Shown: piece by piece, positions 8,885 to 18,393 of the stretch
How the letters are laid out: each line of letters opens with the position of its first letter
How positions within the stretch are numbered: the stretch's first letter is position 1
DNA from: an uncultured Gammaproteobacteria bacterium
GTDB lineage: Bacteria; Pseudomonadota; Gammaproteobacteria; Steroidobacterales; Steroidobacteraceae
NCBI GenBank assembly: GCA_963837755.1
Contig: CAWIOP010000003.1
Location: 659,705-723,704 of the forward strand
Reading direction: 5' to 3'
DNA: 64,000 nt
The notes under the pieces: generated by a model
What the model was told of the DNA's origin: nothing
The model's input: the letters and a program-made list of their open reading frames with translations, nothing else
The model's database searches: none
Made by a program: the position numbers and the translations under genes

Positions 8885-10415
8885 TCAGGCGCCGCCGCCC
8901 GCTTTCCGGATCAGCGCCGCGACTTCGTCCGCGTTCTTGTGGTCGCGCCCGCCCGCGTTGCCCTTGATGGCATCCAGAGGTGTCTTGCCCGAGGCATCCG
9001 CGATGTCGACGCGGGCACCATGCTCCAGCAGATACTGAACGACTTTCGTCCAGCCCCAGTTGATGGCGCCGTAGAGCGCCGTTTGCCCTTGCCGGTTCGT
9101 CATGGTGCTGGGGCGCGCGATGCGGGCCGTGTGGCCACTGGTGTCGGTCACGCGCGCATTCACGTCGGCGCCGGCCTTGAGCAGAATCTCCATCGTCCCG
9201 ATGGACTTCGACTGCACGTCGGGCGACGTGTAGTTGCCGCGCTGGTCTCGTATGGAAACGCCCATGCCTGCAGCAACCATGAACGGCGTGACGCCCATGA
9301 CGTTGGGCAGGTCGACGAGCGCGCCGTGGTCGAGCAGCACGCGAATCGCTTCGTTGTCATAGGCCATCGCGGCGCGCAGCAGCGGCGTGGCGCCGGCAGT
9401 CAGCAGGTCGTCGGTGAACCGGCCGCTGTTTCCGCCGCGGCCGGGGCGATGCATATTGAGCTGCGGGTTCGGGTTGACGCCCGCCGCCAGCAGCAGCTGC
9501 ATGATGTCGATCGAGGTGGTCTTGTCCGAGCGCGGCGGCGGGCCGCCGAACCGCGCATTGACGGAGCGCACATCCACGGCCACATACAGCGGCGTGCGGC
9601 CCCACCAGTCCCACGTGTGCGGGTTCGCGCCCTGTTCGAGCAGGTGCCGGGCGAGGTCGAACTGGAGGTTGTCGATGGCCGTCATCAGCGGCGTGACGCC
9701 ATCCGGGTTCGGCAGATTGATATCCGCGCTGGCCTTCAACAAAGCGCTTCACGCAGCGCTCGCAACCGGAGCGCGCGGCGTAAATGAGCGGCGTGAGGCC
9801 GCCGGTGGGGCGGTACTGCGCGCGCGGCTCGGACGTGATCTGGTTCGCCAGTCGTTGGCGACGGCGCGTACGTTGACGTCGGCGCCGCGGGCGATGAGGA
9901 ACTCCACCAGCTCGGGGTAGTTGCTCGGCCGCCGCCCACATGAGCGCCGTCTGGTCGCGCCACGTTTCCTGCGCGTTGACGTTGGCGCCGGTGGCTGACC
10001 AGCAGCCTGGCAATGGCGACCGAGCCCGCGCGCGCCGCCAGCATCAGCGCCGTCTGGCCGTCGTCGTTCGTGGCTTCCACGTCGGCACGGGCCTTCGAGC
10101 AGCATCTTCACCAGATTCGAGGTTGGCGGGCTTGACGGCTTCACCGAGCGGGCTGGCGCCGAAGTTGTTGCGGACGTCGGCCTTCGCGCCGCGCTCGAGC
10201 AGCGCCCGGGCCAGCTCCTCATCCACCTTGTATACGGCCCAGTGCAGCGGCGTGGTGCCATCGCCCTGCGCGGCGTTCACGTCCGCGCCCGCGCGGATCA
10301 TCTCGAGCGCCGCCTTGCGATCGCCGGCCTCGATGACGTCGGCCAGCGCCGCGTCGGCATGCGCGTTGCCCGCCACCGCCAGCAGCCCGATTGCCGCGAT
10401 TGCCCACCGTTTCAT
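8885..10415 (-). pseudogene. Secreted ankyrin-repeat protein, frameshifted as sequenced (about 6 shifts between 9742 and 10115)
   Basis: Signal peptide MKRWAIAAIGLLAVAGNAHA at 10415. ANK motifs (GDGTTPLHWAV, DDGQTALMLAA, RDQTALMWAA, GGLTPLIYAA, DGVTPLMTAI) are spread over three frames. 8885-9742 is one intact 285-aa frame. Confidence 0.8.
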
Positions 10416-10457
10416 TGCAGCTCCGAAGCTCGTCATGCCGTTGCTCACCGCGCTCGC

Positions 10458-11459
10458 CTACACGATGTCGTGCGACAACGTGTTGTGATGCGCCCAGAAG
10501 CCCTTGTGGGCGTCGTACATGAACTTCCGCGGGTCGGCCCAGGTGCGGCCCAGGCCGTCGAGCGATGCCGGCTTCCAGCATGTCTTTCGTGGTGTCGCCC
10601 TTGCGCACGTGCTCGACCATGCGCTCGAAGATGCGAACCAGCATGTCGTGCTCGGCCTGCAACTCGGCGCGGGCGATCACGGGGCCCGTGCTCGGCACGA
10701 TGCGCGTCTGGTCGTTGCCGAGCTTGAGCAGCAGTTCCAGCGCGTCGACGCGGCCGCCGAGCCAGCCGCCGCCGAACCAATCGAGCACCGGGTCCCGCTG
10801 CGGCGACACGGCGTCGCCGACCGCGAGCACGTTCGAGTCGCGGAAGTACACGTAGATGTCGCCATCGGTGTGCGCTTCGAGCAGGTAGCCGTACTCGATC
10901 TGCTCTGCGCGCCGACGCTGGTCTTGCCGGTGGTATAGAAGGTCTCTGTGGGCACTGCCTGTCTGGCGGCGCGGCTTCTCGTAGCGGTCTTCGGCGGGCA
11001 CGTAATAGTCCGTGGCGAGCCGCTGCTGCGTCTTCTCGTGCGCGACGATCTTCGCGCCGGCCTTGCCGAGCACTTCGTTCGACGCCGGTCTGGTCGAGAT
11101 GCCAGTGCGTGTTGAAGAGCGTGCGCACGCGGCCGCCGCCGGGCAGCGCGCGCAGCTGTGTCATGAGCGCGCGGCGAGTCGTTCGCGGCCGCGCCGCTGT
11201 CGACGAGCAGCAGCCCGTCGTCCGTCGTCAGCGCGACGCACGTTGCCGCCCGCGCCGGTGATCACGGAGCAGCTTGTCGTTCAGGCGGATGGTGGCCGGC
11301 TTCTCTGTGCTTGCGCCCGGTCTTGAACGCGTCGCCGCCGCACCAGCAAATGGCGCGAGCGACAATCCCACGAGCCCGCCCAGAGCGCCTTTCAGCACAG
11401 CGCGGCGACTCAGTGCAGACGCCACGCCCAGCCCCGATCTGCGATTCCCCCTCGCGCAT
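10458..11459 (-). pseudogene. Tat-exported MBL-fold metallo-hydrolase, frameshifted as sequenced
   Basis: SRRAVLKGALGG (Tat-like), NTHWHLDQTG, and a C-terminus ...FWAHHNTLSHDIV* lie in different frames. ATG 11459 reaches the Tat signal only if the C5 run at 11447-11451 is read as C4. Confidence 0.7.
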
Positions 11460-11466
11460 ACTTGGC

Positions 11467-12838
11467 TCAGACTCCCGCGATCACGCCGGTGCTGTCGCCG
11501 AAGCTCTTCTGCTCGACGCCCAGCCTTGTTGAGCACCGTGAGATGCAGGTTGGCGAGCGGCGTGCGCTCGGGCAGCTCGATGTGCTGGCCGCCCTTGAGC
11601 GTGCCGTTGCCGCCGCCGACGAGGATGTTCGGCAGCGGATAGTTGTTGTGCCGGTCGCTGTTGCTCATGTTCGAGCCGTACATGAACAGCGAGTGGTCGA
11701 GCAGCGTGCCGTCGCCGTCGGGCGTCGCCGCGAGCTTCGTCGACGAAGGCCGCGAACCGCTCCATGTGCCAGCGTCTGGATCTTCACGAGCTTCTCGAGC
11801 CGCTCCGGGTCGTTCGCGTGGTGCGAGAGCGGGTGGAACGCGTCCGACACGCCGATGTGGTTGTAGGTGCGGTTGGTGCCTTCGGCCACCATGATGTACG
11901 ACGCGACGCGCGTGAGTTCGCCTGGTACGCGAGCGCGATCAGGTCGAACATCAGCTTCACCTGCTCGTCGAACGCGTCGCAGCTCGCCGATCGGCGCCTC
12001 GGGCAGCTTGATCGCCGGACAGGTCGCGCGCTCGCGCCATCTCGCACGCGCCGCTCGATCTCGCGCACCGTCTCGAGGTAGCTCGTCGAGCACCACGCGA
12101 TCGCTGGCGCCGAGATCGCCTCTGCAGCGCCGTGCGTGCGGTCGGTGATGCAGGTCGAGCAGGCTCGCGCGTCTGGTGCGCGATCGCGTCGCGCTCCTCG
12201 CGGCGTGTCGCCTTCGCCGAACAGCTGCGCGAACACCTTGCGCGGGTTGAACTCCATCGGCAGCGGCGAGTGCGCGTTGCGGAACGACAGCGTGGTGCTG
12301 TAGTAGCAGCGCCGGCGCCGCCGGCACGCGGCGACCTGCGTGCGTGGTCTCCGACGCCACCTCGAGCGACGGCAGCGTGGTGTCCTGGCCGATCTTGCTC
12401 CGCGATCATCTGGTCGAGCGTCGTCGACATGCTGCGCGCCGGGCGTGCCGTTGTCGGGCCGCACGCCGCTCAGCCACGTGGCCGGCGCGAGCGTGTGCAC
12501 GCGAGTCGTCGCTGGCCTTGTTCTCGAGGTTGCCGAACGAGGTGACGTAGCGCTTGTGCTTCTCGAGCGGCTCCAGGATCGGGCTCAGCTTGAAGTCCGC
12601 GCCCGCGCCGCTCGGCGTCCACTGGTCCATCTCCGCGCCGTGCGACGTGTTGCCCATGATCGCGCCGTGCGGGATGTAGAAGAATCCCGCGCGCAGCTTC
12701 GGCGCGGCGGCCGTCTGCGCCAGCGCCGTGGCCGCCGGGATCATCGCGTCGAGCAGCGGCAGGGCCAGCGTGACGCCCGGCGCCCTTGAGCACCGTCCGG
12801 CGGGACAGATGTTTCTTCGTCAGGAAGATCATGGCCAC
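11467..12838 (-). pseudogene. DUF1501 (sulfatase-like) protein, frameshifted as sequenced
   Basis: MAMIFLTKKHLSRRTVLKG (Tat signal), FYIPHGAIMGN, GTLLDHSLFMYGSNMS.., and LHLTVLNKAG + VEQKSFGDSTGVIAGV* lie in all three minus frames. Confidence 0.8.
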
Positions 12839-15303
12839 TCCCTGCTCTGCTGACTGCCGCGGTCTTCGTTGTCGACGGCGCCTCGGCTTCGTGCGGCGGC
12901 GCCTGCATGCGGAACGCGTCGCTCGTCACGATGCCCAGACACGAGGGCCGAGAACCGGTAGTCGTCGTTCGCCGCCGCGCGCACGACGGCGCGCACCTGC
13001 GGCATGTCGTAGTACTCGAGCTCGCGGCCCAGCGCGTACATCATGAGCTTCTCGGTGAGCGCCTGCACGAACTGATCCGGCCGCGCAGCAGCGCCTCGCG
13101 CAGCTGCGACGGGGCCGTCGACCGGCACGCCGTTCGGCAGCACGGTGCTGGCGTCGATCGGCGCTCGCGCGCTCGCGATCCACGTCGCGCCACCGGCCGA
13201 TGGCGTCGAAGTTCTCGAGCGCGAGGCCGATCGGATCGATCACGCCGTGGCACTGGTTGCAGCCCGGCGTTCGTGCGATGCCGCTCGAGCCGCGCGCGCA
13301 GCGTCTTCGGCTTCTCGCCCTCGGGCGTGTGACAGATCGGTGTCGACATCCGGCGGCGGCGGCGTCGGCGGCGTGCCCATCAGCTTGTCCAGCACCCACG
13401 CGCCGCGCAGCACCGGCGACGTGCGGTCGCCGTACGACGTGCGCAGCAGCACGGCGCCCTTGCCGAGCAGGCCCCAGCGCGCCGGGTCCGTCGAGCGTCA
13501 CGCGCCGGAACTGCGGGCCGAGCACCGACGTGATGCCGTAGTGCCGCGCGAGCCGCTCGTTGAGGAACGTGTGGTCGGCCGTGAGCAGCTCGCGCACGTT
13601 GTGGTCCTCGAGCAGCACGCTCGCGAGGAACAACTCGATCTCGGTGGCGAAGTCCTGCCGCAGCGCGTCGTTGAAATCGGGGAAGAGCTGCGGGTCGGGC
13701 TCCACCGCGTCGAGCTCGTCGACGTTGAGCCACTTGCAGCGCGAAGTTGCGTCACGAGCGCTCGCCGCGCGCGGGTCGGCGAGCATGCGCGCGCACTTGC
13801 GCTTCGCAGCGCGTCGGGCTGCCGTCAGCTCGCCCGCCGGCCGCGAGCGTCGAGCAGCTCGTCGTCGGGCCCCTGGCTCCACAGGAAGAACGACAGCCGC
13901 GAGGCGAGCTCGAGATCGCTCGAGTGCATGCGCGGGTGCAGCCCGGCGACTCTGTCGGCGGCAGGATCGCGCGGTACAGAAAGTCGGGGCTGGCGAGCAC
14001 GGCCGCGACCACCTGCTCGATGCCAGCGTCGAAGCCGCCGCCTCCTTGCGGCCCGCTTCGTAGAACGGCATGCAGGCAGTCGATGTCGGCCTGATCCACC
14101 GGGCCGGCGAAAGGCGCGCCGCGCGAGGTTCTCGGCGATGCGCCGGCGCAGGCGCGCTCTTCGCTCCGCCGCCGTCGGCTCGCAGACGAAGATCTTCTGC
14201 GCGGCTCGCCGTGTCCGACACGCCAGTGACGTTGAACGGGCCCACCACCTGGATGCCTCCAGCAGCCGCGGCACGCGCAGCCTGCCGAACCGCCGCCCGC
14301 GCCGCCGAACCCACCGGAGTCGCCGACGAATTCGTCCGACTCCGCCGCGGCGCGCTCGATGAACGTGACGACGACGTCGTGCGCGCCTGCCTTCACCTGC
14401 ACCGGAATGTTGGCGAAGCGCTCCATGATCTCCGCGCGGCCGGGGGCGCCGTTGCGATCGACGGTCGCCAGGTCTTCGGGGCCGCCGACGTCTGCGCGGA
14501 ACACTTCGCTGCCGTCCACCAGCATCACCAGCGTGTGCCGGGTCTCGACCGCGCGCGGGTAGAGGCCGACGTCGAGATCCAGCGATCGTGAAGCGGTACT
14601 CGCCGTCGGCGGGGAAGTTGTGCTTGAACTTCATGCCGCCGCGCGTGCCGAGCGGCAGGCCGTCGACGTAGGCGTCTTGCTCGCCGCCGGGGGCCGGGTA
14701 GAACGCGCTCGCCGACCTTCGGCGTAGCCTCGCCGACGGCCAGCTTCGCGACGGTGCGCGCGGCGCTGACGTACTGATCGAGGAACGCGGGCGAGACGCT
14801 CAGCGCCGCGGCGATGTTGTCGAAGCCGTCGACCTCGATCTCGCGCGGCAGCAGGTCCTGCACTTCGACCTCGACGCCGACGAGGCTCGCACGGCATTGG
14901 CGTATTCCGTGCGGTTCAGGCGCTGCAGCGGCACGTGGCCCGCGCGCGGCTCGTTGGTGGCGGCATCGAGGGTGCCCTCCATCCAGCCCACGAAGCTGTC
15001 GATGCGCTGCTGGTCCGGCTGCTGGTTTCCGGGCGGTGGCATGAGGCGGCCGCGCAGCTTGCGTATGGCGGCTTCCCACACCTCGGCGTCATCGGTGATG
15101 GCATCGGGAGTGAGGGTGTCGAAGGCGACGCCGCCGGCCCAATCCACCGTGTTGTGACATTCGGTGCAGTAGTCCTTGAGCATCGTCCAGTTCTGATCGG
15201 CCACGTGGGCGTGGTCCGGCTCGACCTTGGCGCCGTTCGCGGCAGCTGCCTGCAGGCTGAGACAGGCTGTGAGTACTGAGCTGACGAGTGCGTAGCGTTG
15301 CAT
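12829..15303 (-). pseudogene. DUF1587/1592/1595/1588/1585-type cytochrome-c-domain protein (usual partner of DUF1501), frameshifted as sequenced (>=10 shifts)
   Basis: N-terminal CxxCH (DYCTECH). Conserved pieces follow in alternating frames: NRTEYANAV, FLDQYVSAA, FLNERLARHYGI, MYALGRELEYYD. The first ~140 codons (14890-15303) are intact. Confidence 0.8.
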
Positions 15304-15434
15304 GGGGTCGCGCGAATGGCCCAATCCGGTCAGGGTGCAACAAGGGGGTGTTCGGGCGCGACGTTAGTACACAAGCCATTGGCCCAGCTACAACTTACGC
15401 TTTTCTGGCCGACACTCGGCGGTGCGTCTGAATT

Positions 15435-15458
15435 TGCAGGCATGGCGCCATGCCTGCA
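15435..15458. repeat. Perfect 24-bp palindrome in the intergenic region
   Basis: TGCAGGCATGGC|GCCATGCCTGCA, read directly. It lies ~130 nt downstream of the serine-hydrolase gene and ~130 nt upstream of the DUF1592-type gene. Confidence 0.9.
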
Positions 15459-15587
15459 TTCCGCGCTCGAAATGCGAAACGAGCGTGAGCTTGAAGTGGG
15501 GTTTGCAAATGCCGGGGCGTCTACCGCCTGCCACTGACGGAAGGCGAGCCCCGGAACCACAATTGCGCCAGCAACGCGGCCGGGTTC

Positions 15588-16880
15588 TCAGTCAACAATC
15601 GACTGGTACACCAGCGCGCGCAGCTTGCCGAAGTCATCCACGCCCGTCGCGGGGTTCAGCTGTGTGAGATAGACCACCACCAGCTGTTCCTTCGGATCGA
15701 CCCAATAGGTGGAGTGATATGCGCCACCCCAACCGAACTCGCCCACCGAGCCTGGCTCTCCGCGCAGGCCGAGGTCCTTCACCACCGAGAACCCGAGCCC
15801 AAAGCCGCTGCCGGGCTGGTAAGTGGCCTCGCGCAGGTTGTCGGTGGTCATCAGCTCCACCGTTTTGCGCGAAAGCAGCCGATGGCCGTCGAGCTGCCCG
15901 CCGTTCAGCAGCATCTGCAGGAAGCGGCCGTAATCTCCCGCTGTGGAAAGAAACCCGGCGCCGCCGGAAAAGGACATGCGCGGCCCGTCAACGTAAGCGC
16001 CCTGGCCTGACATGGCGCCCGGGTTTGCCGCGCGTTCGAGCCCTTTCGCAGCGTTCGTGCCATAGACCGCCGCAAGCCGGCCGCGCTTGTCCTTTGGCAG
16101 ATAGAAGCTCGTGTCCACCATGCCAAGAGGGGCGGTGATGTGGGAGCGCAGGAAGTTGTCTAGCGTCGTGCCACTCGCGCGCTCGACGATGACGCCCAGG
16201 ATGTCGATGCTGTAGCCGTAGACCCAACGCTCACCCGGCTGCGCATCGAAGGGCAGGGCGGCCATGCGCGCCACGGTGGCAGCAATCGGCTCGTTCCGAT
16301 CCGCGAAATACCAGTTCCGGATGCCCGCCTTCTGCCACAGGTCCGCGGCCGGGCCGTTGCCGTAGCCGACACCCGACGTGTGCGTGAGCAAGTCACGCAC
16401 AGTGATGGGGCGCTTTGCCTTCACCACATCGTAGCCGCCGCCTTCCCTGGGTACGGCGACGGTGGTCTGGGCGAACTCCGGGATGTACTTCGACACAGGG
16501 TCGGCCAGCAGCAGCTTTCCCTGTTCCACCAGCATCATCGCCCCAACGCTCACGATCGCTTTCGTCTGCGAGGCGATGCGGAACACCGAGTCCGCCTGCA
16601 TGGGCGAACGCGCTTCGCGATCTGCCTGGCCGAATGCCTCGAAGAACACGAGCTTGCCCCGCCGCGCGACCAGCGCCACCGAGCCTGCGACCTTGCCTTC
16701 GTCTACATACTTTTGCAGCGTGGGGCGAAGTTGCTGGAGGCGTTCCGCGGACAGACCCACGTCTTGCGGGTTCGCGCGCGGCAGTGGGTCTGCCGTGGCG
16801 GTGGACGCCGTGCAAGCCGCGGCGTAGGCCACCGCAAATAGAAGAGCCGGCCAGGTAATGCGTGCGCGCATGAACCGCAT
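15588..16880 (-). CDS. Serine hydrolase, beta-lactamase class C / PBP4* family
   Basis: Signal peptide. SxxK motif FRIASQTKAIV. 430 aa, the typical length for AmpC-like esterases. Confidence 0.85.
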   Translation of the reverse strand: MRFMRARITWPALLFAVAYAAACTASTATADPLPRANPQDVGLSAERLQQLRPTLQKYVDEGKVAGSVALVARRGKLVFFEAFGQADREARSPMQADSVFRIASQTKAIVSVGAMMLVEQGKLLLADPVSKYIPEFAQTTVAVPREGGGYDVVKAKRPITVRDLLTHTSGVGYGNGPAADLWQKAGIRNWYFADRNEPIAATVARMAALPFDAQPGERWVYGYSIDILGVIVERASGTTLDNFLRSHITAPLGMVDTSFYLPKDKRGRLAAVYGTNAAKGLERAANPGAMSGQGAYVDGPRMSFSGGAGFLSTAGDYGRFLQMLLNGGQLDGHRLLSRKTVELMTTDNLREATYQPGSGFGLGFSVVKDLGLRGEPGSVGEFGWGGAYHSTYWVDPKEQLVVVYLTQLNPATGVDDFGKLRALVYQSIVD

Positions 16881-17048
16881 GGAATGCCTCCGCTGACGTG
16901 TCGTTTGATTCGCGGAAGATGTCGCGACGACCGATGACGTCGCCGCTCCCCCTTTTCCGCATTCTGCCCGTTAAGACCGTGCGCGCGATCGACATCTTTC
17001 AGCGGGACAGATAATTTGCGCCGGGGCCGCCTTGCTGCGGCCCCTGGG

Positions 17049-17393
17049 TCACTTCTCCACGAATGCTTTCAACCGGCCCAGGGCCTGGTCCCACTGCTGG
17101 GAAACCACGTCTGCGTATTCCCTGACCTCGCGGATCGGCGCGGGGTCGAGCTCGAAGAGGCTCTCCCGCCCGGCGCGAACGTTACGGACGATGCGCGCGC
17201 CCGTGAGCACGCGCAGATGCTTGGTGACTGCCTGGCGCGTGAGCTGCGTGCCTTGCGTGAGCTGCGCGATGGAGCAGGGCGGCCCCTCGCTCAGCTTTGC
17301 GATGAGCGCGAGCCGTGTCTCGTCTCCCAACGCCGCGAAAATGGGCGCATGAGCCCGGCGTTCGGCGGCCGCGCTACGGGTTTTGCGCGACAT
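17049..17393 (-). CDS. ArsR/SmtB-family transcriptional regulator
   Basis: IFAALGDETRLALIAKLSEGPPCSIAQLTQGTQLTRQAVTKHLRVL is a canonical ArsR winged HTH. ATG 17393 overlaps the end of the upstream SRPBCC gene. Confidence 0.85.
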   Translation of the reverse strand: MSRKTRSAAAERRAHAPIFAALGDETRLALIAKLSEGPPCSIAQLTQGTQLTRQAVTKHLRVLTGARIVRNVRAGRESLFELDPAPIREVREYADVVSQQWDQALGRLKAFVEK

Positions 17394-17826
17394 GGCTTTC
17401 GATATTCTTGACCTGCCGGGTCCAGCCGGCATCGTTCATGCGCAGGGCTTCCAGGCGGCGGTGAGCGGGAATGTTGTCGAACCCGGACTCGCTGATCACC
17501 AGCAACGTGCCGCCGGCGACCGCCTCCAGGCGGAACTCCACGAGCGTGGGGGGCTCTTTCGAATAGTCCGTGTCCGGCTCGACGGCGTACGGATGCCAGG
17601 TGAACGAGAACAGCCGTTCCGGGTGCATCTCCTTCACGGTGGCCTCCCATTTCAGGTGCTCGTAGCCGGGGTACAGGATCTGGCCGCGTGAAACCTGGCC
17701 GGGCGCGAACGGCGCCTCCAGCTTCACGCGAAACCATTCGCCGAATTCGCGGTAGTCCGTGAGGGCGCGCCAGACGCGTGCCAGCGGAGCCTTGAGCTCG
17801 ATGCGTTTCTCGATGCGGTTTTGCAT
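17374..17826 (-). CDS. SRPBCC / AHSA1-like (activator of Hsp90 ATPase homologue) domain protein
   Basis: IELKAPLARVWRALTDYREFGEWF... is a typical SRPBCC start. This family is commonly paired with ArsR regulators. Confidence 0.85.
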   Translation of the reverse strand: MQNRIEKRIELKAPLARVWRALTDYREFGEWFRVKLEAPFAPGQVSRGQILYPGYEHLKWEATVKEMHPERLFSFTWHPYAVEPDTDYSKEPPTLVEFRLEAVAGGTLLVISESGFDNIPAHRRLEALRMNDAGWTRQVKNIESHVAQNP

Positions 17827-17828
17827 AG

Positions 17829-17844
17829 GCAACCTCCGGGTTGC
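17829..17844. promoter_or_regulatory. Operator-like palindrome 1, GCAACC-N4-GGTTGC
   Basis: GCAACCtccgGGTTGC lies immediately upstream of the SRPBCC start codon (17826). A second copy sits 42 bp away. Confidence 0.45.
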
Positions 17845-17870
17845 ATATATTAGCCCCGCAGCCGTTAAAT

Positions 17871-17886
17871 GCAACCAAAAGGTTGC
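17871..17886. promoter_or_regulatory. Operator-like palindrome 2, GCAACC-N4-GGTTGC
   Basis: GCAACCaaaaGGTTGC has the same half-sites as 17829-17844. The centre-to-centre distance of 42 bp is about 4 helical turns. It lies in the divergent promoter region. Confidence 0.45.
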
Positions 17887-17909
17887 GTATGCTACGGCGC
17901 GGCCGTTTT

Positions 17910-17918
17910 GGGGGGGGG
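17910..17918. repeat. G9 homopolymer tract in the divergent promoter region
   Basis: TTTTGGGGGGGGGCACGATTTTTGGGG, read directly. It lies ~100 nt upstream of the YCII start. Confidence 0.9.
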
Positions 17919-17941
17919 CACGATTTTTGGGGCGGACTGTC

Positions 17942-17964
17942 GAACCTGCCGCTCATCGTTCGTC
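17942..17964 (+). promoter_or_regulatory. Weak ECF-type promoter candidate (GAAC-N15-CGTC) upstream of the YCII-sigma operon
   Basis: tcGAACCtgccgctcatcgttCGTCtt lies 52 nt before GTG 18016. The spacer is 1-2 nt shorter than the usual AAC-N16/17-CGT. Confidence 0.25.
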
Positions 17965-18015
17965 TTCACTGTGACAGCGGCGATTTGCCCGGCAGCCCCC
18001 TCTGGAGAGCGGAAA

Positions 18016-18393
18016 GTGCGATACGCGTTACTCATCTACGAGACGTCCGAGGCCTTTGCCAGGCGCGAGGAGGGCGCCGACTCCACTTACGTCGGCGCAT
18101 GGCGGGCCTACTACAAGGCCGTGGTCGATGCGGGCGTGTACGTGGGCGGCGACCCGCTGCACCCCCCGGAAACGGGAACCACCGTACGGCGCAAGGATGG
18201 CCGGCGCCTCATCCAGGACGGCCCGTACGCCAACACGAAAGAACAGCTCGCGGGCATCATGATCATGGAGCTTGCGTCGCTCGATTCGGCGCTGGACTGG
18301 GCCGCGCGCTGCCCGGCGAGCTCCTATGGCGCGGTGGAGGTGCGGCCCATTGCGCCCGAAACAAAAGAGCGCATCACGAATGGCATCGGCTGA
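18016..18393 (+). CDS. YCII-related (DGPF) domain protein
   Basis: GTG 18016 follows GGAGAG. RYALLIYETSEAF...DGPYANTKEQLAGIMIMELASLDSALDWAARCP is a typical YCII fold signature. Confidence 0.8.
   Translation: MRYALLIYETSEAFARREEGADSTYVGAWRAYYKAVVDAGVYVGGDPLHPPETGTTVRRKDGRRLIQDGPYANTKEQLAGIMIMELASLDSALDWAARCPASSYGAVEVRPIAPETKERITNGIG

Noticed and set aside
9742-14895. The frameshift-dense genes as programmed frameshifting/recoding or as a hypervariable (DGR-like) locus.
   Set aside because: There are dozens of shifts in both directions with no shared slippery motif. There is no reverse transcriptase or template repeat. The same phenomenon affects purA. Indel error or decay is far more parsimonious.
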